This document shows positions 31,452 through 41,393 of a stretch of 64,000 bases of DNA, piece after piece. A program made the translations under genes and the position numbers. The notes beneath the pieces were generated by a model, which saw nothing but the letters and a program-made list of their open reading frames with translations, had not been told where the DNA came from and did no database searches. Source of the DNA: Spirochaetia bacterium (GTDB lineage Bacteria; Spirochaetota; Spirochaetia; DSM-2461); NCBI GenBank assembly GCA_963668315.1, contig OY764216.1:448001-512000 (forward strand), in the 5' to 3' direction. The stretch's first letter is position 1. Every line of letters starts with the position of its first letter.

Positions 31452-32359
31452 AATACCACCTCCTTCCTAACCTGACCCTCCACTGCCGCCTGGGAATTTT
31501 CGCCTTACTGGAGACTTCGGGAGTCGCCCTTCAGATGCTGGTATCCCGGGGCGGCTTCCCCGGGATACTGCTGATGCTCGGGGGAATCTCCTTCCTTCTG
31601 TCAGAAAACTACAACAATGCTCCGGAAGATCAGGGATATGCAGACTGGAAACCGGTTACCTTCAAGGAACTAAGCCGTATCCGCATCAATATGAAGGACA
31701 CACGCCAATTCACATTGCCCATGTATTTCCGTTCTTCCGCGTCGGTGGGGGCCGTTATAATTCTTCTGGCGCTGCTGATTATCCCCCTTTTGCTGGAGGC
31801 CCATCCGGGGCGTTATTACTATTTGCCCCTGGTCGACCTGTTTATCATTACCTTGCCCTTGTTTTTCAGCGGAAAGATCCGGCTTTTTTACCCCTCCCTG
31901 CTGGATATGAAGTTCAATGCCTTTGATGGAATTCTCCAGGAGACTCCTGAGGGAAGTGATATCTGCGTAACCCCCTATTTACGGTTCGACCGGGATAAAG
32001 CAGGACACCTGATTCCCGAAGATCTCCGTTTTATGGTGGAATTAAGACGGAATCCTCCCGATTTTCTGGGGGCTCAGTTTCAGGTGGCCATAAATAATGG
32101 ACCCAATGGAGCCGTACCCTATATGTACGCCGTTCTACTCTTTCGAAAAGAGGCGGTTCCCCAGGGGCAAAAATCATCCTTCGATCATCTTGCCGGACTG
32201 GACCTGGGATCTTTTTTCATAACGGAAACCGGGGAAGATGAGGATTTCCAGACCCTGGTAATCCGGCAGAAAACCACCGGAGGGGGTTATCATACCGAAC
32301 CCCAGGACTGCCGGAATCTGTATCGTCATATTCTGAAGGTAATGAATTCACTGGAATAA
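31448..32359 (+). CDS. Uncharacterised membrane protein, third gene of the radical SAM operon
   Basis: ATGA overlap with the rSAM stop (alternative ATG at 31442). Two hydrophobic hairpins followed by a soluble domain (FLGAQFQVAINNGPNGAVPYMY, GGGYHT). Confidence 0.75.
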   Translation: MKYHLLPNLTLHCRLGIFALLETSGVALQMLVSRGGFPGILLMLGGISFLLSENYNNAPEDQGYADWKPVTFKELSRIRINMKDTRQFTLPMYFRSSASVGAVIILLALLIIPLLLEAHPGRYYYLPLVDLFIITLPLFFSGKIRLFYPSLLDMKFNAFDGILQETPEGSDICVTPYLRFDRDKAGHLIPEDLRFMVELRRNPPDFLGAQFQVAINNGPNGAVPYMYAVLLFRKEAVPQGQKSSFDHLAGLDLGSFFITETGEDEDFQTLVIRQKTTGGGYHTEPQDCRNLYRHILKVMNSLE

Positions 32360-32384
32360 AGCTTACAATAGGGAGTTTTGCCGT

Positions 32385-34310
32385 TTGGAAAAATCAGAAT
32401 TCACAAAAAAGGAACTCTATAGCATATTACCTTTTATCTGCACTCTTGTTTTCGTTGCAGGATTTTTCATGGTCGATTTTCGGCTGAATGACACGACGAT
32501 ACGGGCAGATAATCCTGAAGCGAAAAATGGGATTTACACCCTTACCTGTGAGGACCTTCAGAAAAACAGGCTTGTTTCACTTGGCGGGGAATGGGCTTTT
32601 TATCCCGAACTTTTTCTATCAAATAAACGGCAGGATCTACATACCGGCGAAAAAAGATATCTGCAAGTGCCCGGAGGCTGGAACAATATACCATCGCCCA
32701 TAAATTCTCCCGGCAAGGCAATGAGCACGAACTCCTTGAATCCCGTTTTCTACGGAACATATCATCTGACCCTGATAAACAGAACTGAAAAACGACAATG
32801 GCTGCTCTACTTTCCGGCTGCTTTTTCAGAAGCCTTCACTCTGTATATAGATGACGAGAAAATTGCGGAGAGCGGAAAGATTGCGACTTCTGCATCAGAA
32901 AGTCAGCCTGAATATCGGGTTATGGTGGCAGATCTGGACCTGGCCCCATCCGGACAAGCAGACATATGGATTCAGACATCCAGCTTCCAATTTGAAAACG
33001 GAGGTCTGAGAAGACCTATTCTGCTGGGAGAACGCGATACGATTCAAAAGCTAGAGCAGTCTAATTCCAGGAAAGATGTCTTCATCATTGGTATATTATG
33101 CGGCTTCATCTTCTATTTCAGCCTGACAATGATAATAAATAGAAAAAATGACAAGCCCCTATTTTATTTAATCTATGCTTCTGTCATAACGGTTTTATAT
33201 ACAGCCACCAGCAATGCTATGCTGATAAATGAGTGGATACCCGATCTTTCATTCCGTATAATGGATATGTGGCAGTACATGCTGGCCATTTCAGGCGGTT
33301 GTCTTTTTATATTGCTTATTCATTTCCTATATGAAGAAGAAAGCCAGAATACCGTTAAACGAATCAGTCTTGTAAAAACAGTCTTCTTCCTTATTTTGAA
33401 CGTAGTTCTGGAACGCCAGGTCATCAGCCGGTTTATTCTGCTCTTCAGCTTAATCACATTGCTGGAATTTTTATATGGGATTTATATTCTATCTAAAGCC
33501 ATAATACATACGAAAGAGGGAATCATTCCGCTGCTGATTGGCACGGCCATCCTTTTAGCCAGTATTCTATATGATCAGCTTCTTGTCTCCCTGGTGATTT
33601 TTTCACCCTTTGGCGTGATGACTCCCATAGGACTGACTGTCTTTATTTTGAGCTTTGCTGTCATTGTTTCGATTGAACATGAGCGTACCTTGATAAAATT
33701 GCAAGAAACAAAAGCAGCCAATCAACGTCTGGAGGAAAACAAAGTAAAGCTGGAGTCACAGAACATAGAACTGCAGCAGCTGCACGATTTGAAAGCGAGA
33801 GAAGCCAGTACCGATTTTTTAACAGGACTATTTAATCGCCGCTACATCGATGAAGCCCTTCAGTCTATGGCGGAAATATCTATGCATGACGATGGAACAA
33901 TGTCGCTAAGCATATTATTAATCGATGTCGATTACTTTAAGCAGATTAACGATCGCTGGGGGCATGATGCGGGAGATGCCGCCCTGCAAAAAATTTCTTC
34001 TCTCCTTAAAAAAAATCTCCGTGGAAATGATATTGCGGGAAGATACGGAGGAGATGAATTCATCGTACTCCTGCCGGCTATCGATTTGAAATCGGCGAAA
34101 CTCATTGCCGATCGATTCGCAAGTCAGGCTGCCTCCAAACATATTTCAGATAACAATAGGGATCTTCAGGTAACGCTCAGCATCGGGTGCATCAGCTGGA
34201 AAGGCTCAGTACAGCAGTATGACTTTGAAAAACTCATCACAGCTGCGGACACAGCGCTTTATAAGGCAAAGGAGGGCGGACGCAATCAATGCTGCGCAGA
34301 ATCGTTATGA
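32385..34310 (+). CDS. Diguanylate cyclase with 7TM-DISM-like sensor
   Basis: LGGEWAFYP/VPGGW extracellular domain, about 7 TMs, coiled coil, TDFLTGLFNRR, DVDYFKQIND, RGND I-site, GRYGGDEF. Confidence 0.9.
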   Translation: MEKSEFTKKELYSILPFICTLVFVAGFFMVDFRLNDTTIRADNPEAKNGIYTLTCEDLQKNRLVSLGGEWAFYPELFLSNKRQDLHTGEKRYLQVPGGWNNIPSPINSPGKAMSTNSLNPVFYGTYHLTLINRTEKRQWLLYFPAAFSEAFTLYIDDEKIAESGKIATSASESQPEYRVMVADLDLAPSGQADIWIQTSSFQFENGGLRRPILLGERDTIQKLEQSNSRKDVFIIGILCGFIFYFSLTMIINRKNDKPLFYLIYASVITVLYTATSNAMLINEWIPDLSFRIMDMWQYMLAISGGCLFILLIHFLYEEESQNTVKRISLVKTVFFLILNVVLERQVISRFILLFSLITLLEFLYGIYILSKAIIHTKEGIIPLLIGTAILLASILYDQLLVSLVIFSPFGVMTPIGLTVFILSFAVIVSIEHERTLIKLQETKAANQRLEENKVKLESQNIELQQLHDLKAREASTDFLTGLFNRRYIDEALQSMAEISMHDDGTMSLSILLIDVDYFKQINDRWGHDAGDAALQKISSLLKKNLRGNDIAGRYGGDEFIVLLPAIDLKSAKLIADRFASQAASKHISDNNRDLQVTLSIGCISWKGSVQQYDFEKLITAADTALYKAKEGGRNQCCAESL

Positions 34311-34324
34311 GAGGTAACGAAAAT

Positions 34325-34353
34325 GGACCCCGGTGCGAACAACACCGGGGTCC
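34325..34353. terminator. GC-rich hairpin between the convergent DGC and mglC genes
   Basis: GGACCCCGGTG-7 nt-CACCGGGGTCC, followed by ATTTT on the minus strand. Confidence 0.7.
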
Positions 34354-34379
34354 GGAAGGAAGTTTTGTATGAAAAAAAA

Positions 34380-35417
34380 TTAAGACTTTTTCAGATATTT
34401 CTTCGTATCAAGCGATACGGCAGCCACGATAATCACGCCCTTGATGATGTACTGGTAATACATATCCATTCCCACAAAGGTCATACCGTAGTTAATGATG
34501 GTAAATAGCAGAACACCGATGATGGCGCCGGAAACCTTTCCGATACCGCCCGAGAAGGAGATACCCCCCACAACGCAGGCCGCGATGGCGTCAAGCTCGT
34601 AACCGAAACCGGTACCGTTGTTGGCGCTTCCGATACGGGCCGCTTCCAAAAAGCCGCCGATACCGTAAAGGGCGCCGGCCAGGACGTATACCAAAACGGT
34701 CGTTCTGAGTACGTTAACGCCGGAAACCTTGGCGGCTTCGGGGTTACCGCCCACGGCGTACATGTTCTTTCCGAAGGTGGTTTTATTCCACAGAATCCAT
34801 ACGAGCACCGAGATAACCACGGCGTAGATAACCAGATTGGGGATTCCCAGGGTATTTCCGATAACGAAATCGGTGTATCTCTGGTCAAAGCCGCCGATGG
34901 GCTGGGGACCTGGATCGCCCGAAGCAAAGTAGATGGAGAGGATACCGTAAACGGCGATCATCATACCCATGGTAGCCAGGAAGGGGTGGATCTGGAACTT
35001 GGCCACCACAAAACCGTTGATTCCGCTGAAGACGGCGATAACCGCCATGGCTATCAGCAGGGGAACGATAAGGGGCACCGGCGACATGTCGGAATAGAAA
35101 CGGGCGGCATAATCGGTGCGCTGCAGCAGGGAGGCGGAAATGACGGCGGCAAAACCGACGAAACGTCCGAGACTCAGGTCCGTTCCCTGAAGTATGATGA
35201 TACCGCCGACTCCGAAGGCCAGAATCAGTCTTACCGATGACTGGGTCAGGATATTCTTGAAAACAGTCAGCGAAAGGAACGCCGGCTCCTTGATGATAAC
35301 GGCGATGATAATGCCCACCAGAACAATATTGATGGCATTATTGATAAGGAAATCTTTCCACTCGTCGCCAGATTTGGCAAAGAACCCTTTCCGGGCCTTT
35401 AATGTCGTATCGCTCAC
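34380..35417 (-). CDS. mglC: Galactoside ABC transporter permease
   Basis: [52 protein letters not shown]. Confidence 0.9.
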   Translation of the reverse strand: MSDTTLKARKGFFAKSGDEWKDFLINNAINIVLVGIIIAVIIKEPAFLSLTVFKNILTQSSVRLILAFGVGGIIILQGTDLSLGRFVGFAAVISASLLQRTDYAARFYSDMSPVPLIVPLLIAMAVIAVFSGINGFVVAKFQIHPFLATMGMMIAVYGILSIYFASGDPGPQPIGGFDQRYTDFVIGNTLGIPNLVIYAVVISVLVWILWNKTTFGKNMYAVGGNPEAAKVSGVNVLRTTVLVYVLAGALYGIGGFLEAARIGSANNGTGFGYELDAIAACVVGGISFSGGIGKVSGAIIGVLLFTIINYGMTFVGMDMYYQYIIKGVIIVAAVSLDTKKYLKKS

Positions 35418-36937
35418 GCTCCTACCTCTCTATTTTTCGTTAAATGCATGGATGCCAGATGGAAAATCTCCGTCTGGGTTGTCTCTTCCGTATTCACAAT
35501 ACCCGCCATGTAACCGTTGCTCATGACCATGATGCGGTTCGTCAGGCCCAGAAGCTCGGGCATTTCCGAGGAGACCACGATAACCGATTTGCCCTTATTG
35601 GCCAGATCGATGATCAGCTGGTAAATCTCGTACTTGGCGCCCACGTCTATACCCCGGGTGGGTTCGTCCATCAGAAGGATATCCGGATCGGTCAGCAGCC
35701 AGCGGCCGATGATGACTTTCTGCTGGTTTCCCCCCGAGAGGGAGCGGATAAGTTCCCGGCGGTTGGGTGTTTTAATCCTCATATTCTTGATCTGAACGTC
35801 CGTATCGTCTTTCATCTTCTTGTCTATCAGCCAGCCTACCTTGTTCCGGTAGTGCTCAACATTGGCAATGGTGGAGTTGAAGGTGATGTCGGCCACGGGA
35901 TAGATACCCGTTTCCCGCCTCTCCTCGGTCAGGAGGGCAAAGCGGTTCTTGATCGCCTTGTGGGGGGTGGAGTTGTCAATCTGCCTGCCATCGACAAGGA
36001 TCTCTCCGGTCCGTTTGGTTCGGGCGCCGAAAATTGCCTCGATCATCTCGGTCCGTCCGGCGCCTACCAGTCCGGCCACGCCCAGGATCTCGCCCCGGCG
36101 CAATTCGAAATTGATATCATGTATATAGGGAGCGAAGCGGGTGGAAAGGTTTTTAACCTCCAGGTGGACTTCGCCGGGCACATTGGTCTTGGGGGGAAAG
36201 CGGTGTTCCAGATCCCGTCCGACCATCATATTAACGATAGACTCCATGGTCAGGTTCTCTATCGCCTCGGTACCGATATAGGAACCGTCCCGCAGAACGG
36301 TCACGTCATCGGATATTTCGAATATCTCCTCCATTTTGTGGGAGATGTAGACGATTCCCACACCTTCCGACCTGAGGAGACGGATGATTTCAAAAAGTTT
36401 CTCCACTTCGTTTTCCGTGAGGGACGAAGTCGGCTCGTCAAGAACGATGATCTTCGCATCGTAGGAAACGGCTTTGGCTATTTCGACCATCTGTCTCTGG
36501 GAAACGGAAAGCTTATCCAGGGTAATCCTCGGATCCACCTCCATACCCAGGCGGTCGAACAGGGCCTTCGTATCGTTATACATCTTCTTTTCGTCCACGA
36601 ACAGTCGGCCCGTGGGGTAGCGGCCCAGCCAGATATTATCGGTTACGGTTCTCTGGAGAACCTGATTCAGCTCCTGGTGAACCATGGATACACCGTTCTC
36701 CAGGGCATGCTTGGGATCGGTGAAGTTGAATTCCTTACCTTCAAGGAAGAACTTTCCCTTATCCTGCGTATAGATACCGAAGAGACATTTCATAAGGGTG
36801 GATTTACCGGCGCCGTTCTCTCCCATGAGAGAGTGAACCGATCCTTTCCTGACGTCCAGACAAACGTCTTTAAGAACCTGGACACCGGAGAAAGACTTGC
36901 ATACGCCCTGTATGCTCAGTAAAGTATCATTTTCCAA
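35414..36937 (-). CDS. mglA: Galactoside ABC transporter ATP-binding protein (two NBDs)
   Basis: [47 protein letters not shown]. Confidence 0.92.
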   Translation of the reverse strand: MENDTLLSIQGVCKSFSGVQVLKDVCLDVRKGSVHSLMGENGAGKSTLMKCLFGIYTQDKGKFFLEGKEFNFTDPKHALENGVSMVHQELNQVLQRTVTDNIWLGRYPTGRLFVDEKKMYNDTKALFDRLGMEVDPRITLDKLSVSQRQMVEIAKAVSYDAKIIVLDEPTSSLTENEVEKLFEIIRLLRSEGVGIVYISHKMEEIFEISDDVTVLRDGSYIGTEAIENLTMESIVNMMVGRDLEHRFPPKTNVPGEVHLEVKNLSTRFAPYIHDINFELRRGEILGVAGLVGAGRTEMIEAIFGARTKRTGEILVDGRQIDNSTPHKAIKNRFALLTEERRETGIYPVADITFNSTIANVEHYRNKVGWLIDKKMKDDTDVQIKNMRIKTPNRRELIRSLSGGNQQKVIIGRWLLTDPDILLMDEPTRGIDVGAKYEIYQLIIDLANKGKSVIVVSSEMPELLGLTNRIMVMSNGYMAGIVNTEETTQTEIFHLASMHLTKNREVGA

Positions 36938-36975
36938 AAGTCTCTACTCCTAAAACATTCTAAAATGACAGTGAA

Positions 36976-37004
36976 GAAACGCCGGGGAATTCCCCCGGCG
37001 TTTC
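36976..37004 (-). terminator. Intercistronic hairpin between mglB and mglA (mRNA stabiliser or partial terminator)
   Basis: GAAACGCCGGGG-AATTC-CCCCGGCGTTTC, a 12-bp stem. Confidence 0.7.
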
Positions 37005-37020
37005 CCGATTAACTCAGAAC

Positions 37021-38031
37021 TTATCTGAACTCTTTGTAGTTGGCGGGTGTTACGGCAACGTAGGGAACCCGTACAGCTTTGGTGGTGCTGTTGTCGATGG
37101 TCCATTCGGTACCGGCAACGATGTCATTTCCCATGGCGGCGTTGATAGCCAGATCGATGGTAGCCTTGGCCTGGTTCTTACCGTCGTTAAGAACGGTACC
37201 GTCCAGTTCGCCGTCCTGGATGTGGGTCAGAGCCTGATCCAGAGCGTCTACGCTGTAGATGGGGAGTCTTTTGCCGGCGGCCTTCATAGCGGTAATGGCA
37301 CCGAAGCCCATACCGTCGTTGTTACAGATAACCAGCTCGATGTCGTTGGCAAATCCAGAAGTCAGCCAGGCGGCCATCTTGTCGTTTCCGAACTGGGTGG
37401 ACCAGTTGGGGTCTGCTTCGAGGGCCAGCTGTTCTACGCCGATTCCGGCGTCAACGAACTCCTTAACGGAGTATTTGGTTCTTGCTTCGGCATCGGGATG
37501 TCCCGGTTCGCCCTTAAGCATAACGTACTGTACTTTTCCGTCGCCGTTCTTGTCCCATTCGGGATGGGCTTTCCAGTCGGCAACCATCATTTCGCCCTGG
37601 ATCATACCGGATTCGGCGGAGTTTGTTCCCACGTACCAGACTTTGTCATAGGTGGTCATGATGCCCTCTTCGGTGGCTTCCTTGTTGAAGAGGATGAGGG
37701 GGATATCGGCTTTCTTGGCTTTTTCGATAATAGCGGAAGCGGCGGCGGGGTCTACCAGGTTGATAGCCAGGGCGTCTACTTTCTTGGTGATGAAAATATC
37801 TACCTGGTCGTTCAGTTTGGCCTGCTGACCTTCGGAGTCTACGATGTCAATTTCAACGCCCTTTTCTACGGCATAGCTTTCCAGTACGGGCTTGATAGCT
37901 CCGTTCATGAAGTTGTCCTGGAAGTTGTAGATGTTACAACCGATGGTAATGGTTCCGTCATCCTGGCCGTTGGCGAAAACGAACGTGGCTGCAGAGAGCA
38001 GTACGAGGCATAAAAGCAATGCTTTTTTCAT
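37021..38031 (-). CDS. mglB: Galactose/glucose-binding periplasmic protein
   Basis: IYNFQDNFM, AINLVDP, WDKNGDGKVQYVMLKGEPGHPDAEART. Confidence 0.92.
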   Translation of the reverse strand: MKKALLLCLVLLSAATFVFANGQDDGTITIGCNIYNFQDNFMNGAIKPVLESYAVEKGVEIDIVDSEGQQAKLNDQVDIFITKKVDALAINLVDPAAASAIIEKAKKADIPLILFNKEATEEGIMTTYDKVWYVGTNSAESGMIQGEMMVADWKAHPEWDKNGDGKVQYVMLKGEPGHPDAEARTKYSVKEFVDAGIGVEQLALEADPNWSTQFGNDKMAAWLTSGFANDIELVICNNDGMGFGAITAMKAAGKRLPIYSVDALDQALTHIQDGELDGTVLNDGKNQAKATIDLAINAAMGNDIVAGTEWTIDNSTTKAVRVPYVAVTPANYKEFR

Positions 38032-38190
38032 TAAACAATCTCCTTATTCTTCCCCTATTCAGGAAAGATCAATTGGTGTGAGAGATGCAAAATCTCTCTT
38101 AATTACGCTAATCAGCGTACCACCGATCGGAGAGTAAACAATGTGATTTTTTCCATCTTTTTTGTAAAATACGGGAAAAACAGAGGGTTT

Positions 38191-38790
38191 TCAGCTTATT
38201 TTTGCTAAATATTTGAGCATGGAACCTTTGTTTTCTTCGACGTAATCCCGCAGTTCCTCGAAGTCTTCCTTCGTCTCTGTGGCGGCTCCCGAGAGTATGA
38301 GAACACGGTTGATCCAGCGGAACCAGAGGTAATGCCGTCCGATCTGAGATCGGGAATCCAGAATGCGCCGGGCATGGAGCTGGGCATCCAGCTGTGTATC
38401 AAGATCGATATGATTGGCCGTCCCCGTGACATAATAAACCGAGCCATCGTCCATGATGGAGATGACGCACCTCTGGAACCCCTCGGCCATGGCGTCGTCG
38501 TTACGGAACCCCTCCAGCTTCAGATCAATGGAACCGAGCCGCAGGTTATACCCCTGCTGGCGGAGCACTTTTCTGAGAGCCACCAGCTGCTCCCTCACCT
38601 CCCGGTGGGCATCCACATCGTTCCTGTTCCTCTCAAGCTCATGCCTCAGCCGGCGGAGCATAGGCTCGTACTGATTAAAGATCTTCGTATGGTTGGAGAG
38701 GAAAATCGTGGTGTCCGACATAAGGGTCCATACGGAGACGAAAGATTCCTGGATGTTGGTTATGGCAGACCTTATGCCTCTGTTCATCAT
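38191..38790 (-). CDS. Hypothetical protein
   Basis: 199-aa ORF filling the gap between genes, with a TAGAAT -10 element 6 nt upstream. Confidence 0.7.
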   Translation of the reverse strand: MMNRGIRSAITNIQESFVSVWTLMSDTTIFLSNHTKIFNQYEPMLRRLRHELERNRNDVDAHREVREQLVALRKVLRQQGYNLRLGSIDLKLEGFRNDDAMAEGFQRCVISIMDDGSVYYVTGTANHIDLDTQLDAQLHARRILDSRSQIGRHYLWFRWINRVLILSGAATETKEDFEELRDYVEENKGSMLKYLAKIS

Positions 38791-38900
38791 GATTCCATTC
38801 TATTATCTTTTATATTAAAATCAAGGTTTTCGGGAATTTAAATGCTTTTCGCCTTTATATTCTCTCCGAGAAATGGGAAAATAGCCCGGGAAGTTTATTA

Positions 38901-39629
38901 ATGAAAGCACTGGTAATTTCAGATATACACGGAAACCTGGAAGCGCTGAATGCGGTTTTACGGGAAGCTGCCGAACATAGGTGGGAGGAAATCTGGTTTT
39001 TAGGCGATCTCTGCGGCTACGGCCCGGACACGAAAGCCTGTTTCCTGGCGCTCAAGGAACACAGACTGATTTTCCTGACGGGCAACCATGACCTTTATAT
39101 AACGGGCGACATGGATAAGGAGTTTTTTTCCGACATGGCCCGCATATCCCTCATATTGACCCGGTCGGACATAACCCCCGAGCTCATGGGTTTTCTCTCC
39201 CATCACTCGGCCCGGCAGTTGTACAGGGGAATGGAACTCGTCCACGGCAGCCCGATCGATCCGGAAGCCGCCTATATCCTGAACGAAAGCGACGCGGCCG
39301 CAGGAATAGTCCGGGCCAGAAAAAAAACCGTCCTGTTCGGCCACACCCATGTCCAGGAGTACTACCTGAGGGACGGGAGTAAAAAAATCATACGCAAGTC
39401 TCCCGGGACCGGGCCGGTCAGTCTGAAGGGCTGCCATATCCTGATAAACCCGGGAAGCGTCGGCCAGCCCCGTGACGGGGACAACCGGGCGGCCTGGGGA
39501 CTCATGGATACGAAGAGCAGGGAGTTCACCTTTTTCCGCACCGCCTACGATTACGGAATAACACAGCAGAAAATGGCCGATCGGGGGTTCCCCTCCTATC
39601 TTGTAGAAAGGCTGGCCGAAGGTCGATAA
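38901..39629 (+). CDS. Metallophosphoesterase family protein
   Basis: SDIHGN, LGDLCGYG, GNHD, HGSP, FGHTH, NPGSVGQPRDG. Confidence 0.92.
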   Translation: MKALVISDIHGNLEALNAVLREAAEHRWEEIWFLGDLCGYGPDTKACFLALKEHRLIFLTGNHDLYITGDMDKEFFSDMARISLILTRSDITPELMGFLSHHSARQLYRGMELVHGSPIDPEAAYILNESDAAAGIVRARKKTVLFGHTHVQEYYLRDGSKKIIRKSPGTGPVSLKGCHILINPGSVGQPRDGDNRAAWGLMDTKSREFTFFRTAYDYGITQQKMADRGFPSYLVERLAEGR

Positions 39630-39656
39630 TTAATAAGTAAATCAGGAGGATTTATT

Positions 39657-40361
39657 ATGAGCATACATATCGGAGCGCCCGAAGGGGCCATTGCCGACAC
39701 GGTTTTAATGCCCGGGGATCCGTTAAGGGCCCGTTTCGTGGCGGAGAATTACCTGGAAAACGCCCGGTGCTACAGCGAAGTGCGGGGCATGTACGGCTTT
39801 ACGGGCACGTACAAGGGCAAGAAGATTTCCATCCAGGGCAGCGGCATGGGACAGCCGTCCCTCTCCATTTACGTGAACGAACTGATACGGGACTACGGCG
39901 CCAAGCGGATCATGCGCATCGGTTCCTGCGGTTCGATGAATGAGAAGGTGAAGATCCGGGATATCATCCTGGCCATGAGCGCCAGCACGGACAGCAGCAT
40001 GAACGACATTACCTTCCGGAACATGCACTTCGCTCCCACGGCCAGCTTCGACCTGTTCAACAAAGCCGTCAAAGCGGCGGAAAAGATGAACCTTCCCTTC
40101 CACGGGGGCAATATCTTCTCCTCGGACATTTTCTACAACGACGATCCGGAAGAGTGGAAAATCTGGTCCGCCCACAACGTACTGGCCGTGGAGATGGAAA
40201 CAGCCGCCCTCTATACGCTGGCCGCCAAACACGGGGTGGACGCCCTGACGATCCTCACCGTAAGCGACTCCCTGGTTTCGGGGGAAGCCACCAGCAGCGA
40301 AGAGCGGGAAAAGACCTTTACCCAGATGATGGAACTGGCCCTGGAGACGGCGATCAGCTAG
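39657..40361 (+). CDS. deoD: Purine nucleoside phosphorylase, DeoD type
   Basis: [28 protein letters not shown]. Confidence 0.96.
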   Translation: MSIHIGAPEGAIADTVLMPGDPLRARFVAENYLENARCYSEVRGMYGFTGTYKGKKISIQGSGMGQPSLSIYVNELIRDYGAKRIMRIGSCGSMNEKVKIRDIILAMSASTDSSMNDITFRNMHFAPTASFDLFNKAVKAAEKMNLPFHGGNIFSSDIFYNDDPEEWKIWSAHNVLAVEMETAALYTLAAKHGVDALTILTVSDSLVSGEATSSEEREKTFTQMMELALETAIS

Positions 40362-40364
40362 GCC

Positions 40365-41393
40365 CTACTCCGACATATAGGGTGAGTAGCTGTTCCAGAT
40401 ATAGGCGCCGTCCTGCAGGAGGTAGGAACTATCCTCGGCGGGACGGCCGGTCAGGACAGTGGCTGCCAGATCGACGATCGCCCGGGCCTGGGCGGCCTCG
40501 TCATTGATGACCGTGCCGTAAAGCGTCCCCTCTTCTATGGCGCGGAGGGCTTCGGGCAGTCCGTCTATCCCGATAACGGGGATCCAGTCGGCGTCCTGCC
40601 GGTCGATGCGTCCGTTTCCGTCGGTATCCCTGAAATACGCCCTGTCCTCCATCAGCTCAATGGCCCCCAGGGCCATTTCGTCGTTATTCGCAAAGATCAC
40701 TTCCAGCTCGTCCCCATAGAGATTGATCACCTCATCCATCTTCTCGTATGCCTCGCTCCGGCTCCAGTTGGCAATAACCGATGTGAGCATGACAAAGGAG
40801 AAGCCCTTCTCGGCCAGGGTATCGCGAACCTCCCGGGTACGGATTTCCGAATCCTGATGGCTCTGCTCCCCCCGGATGATCACCCCCTGTATCATGCCGT
40901 CCCCGTTCCGGTCGAACCGGTTCAGCTCGTTCGGATTCCCGCCGAAGAGTTTCATGGCCAGCTCCGCCTGCAGCTGTCCGGCCTGCTCCGCCGTGGCGCC
41001 TACATAGTAACAGCGGTCCCACAGGTCCATGTCCTTTTTCAAAGGCTGGCGGTTGAAATAGATAAGGGGAATATCCTTCGCCCGGAAAGTACGGATAACC
41101 GTATAGGCTCCCAGGCGGTCCACCGGATTGATAATCGCCAGATCCACCGGATCGTTCAGCATCGTCTCAATCTGCTCATTCTGCACCATCTGGGAGTTCT
41201 GAGCATCGTAGACACTCAATTCACAGCCGATTTCGCTGAACTGCAGGGCCAGTTCCTTGTATAGGGACGAAATAAAGGGATCCTCCCCGTTATACAGAAA
41301 AACGGCAACCCTTTTCGCTCCCGAGGAACAGCCGGAGAGACCGGAAAGCAGCAGAAAACCTCCTGTCAGGAAAAGAAGCAATACTCTTTTCAT
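40365..41393 (-). CDS. MglB-like sugar-binding lipoprotein encoded with a two-component system
   Basis: LSGC lipobox, INPVD, DRNGDG, GEQSHQDS, ANNDEMALGA. Confidence 0.85.
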   Translation of the reverse strand: MKRVLLLFLTGGFLLLSGLSGCSSGAKRVAVFLYNGEDPFISSLYKELALQFSEIGCELSVYDAQNSQMVQNEQIETMLNDPVDLAIINPVDRLGAYTVIRTFRAKDIPLIYFNRQPLKKDMDLWDRCYYVGATAEQAGQLQAELAMKLFGGNPNELNRFDRNGDGMIQGVIIRGEQSHQDSEIRTREVRDTLAEKGFSFVMLTSVIANWSRSEAYEKMDEVINLYGDELEVIFANNDEMALGAIELMEDRAYFRDTDGNGRIDRQDADWIPVIGIDGLPEALRAIEEGTLYGTVINDEAAQARAIVDLAATVLTGRPAEDSSYLLQDGAYIWNSYSPYMSE

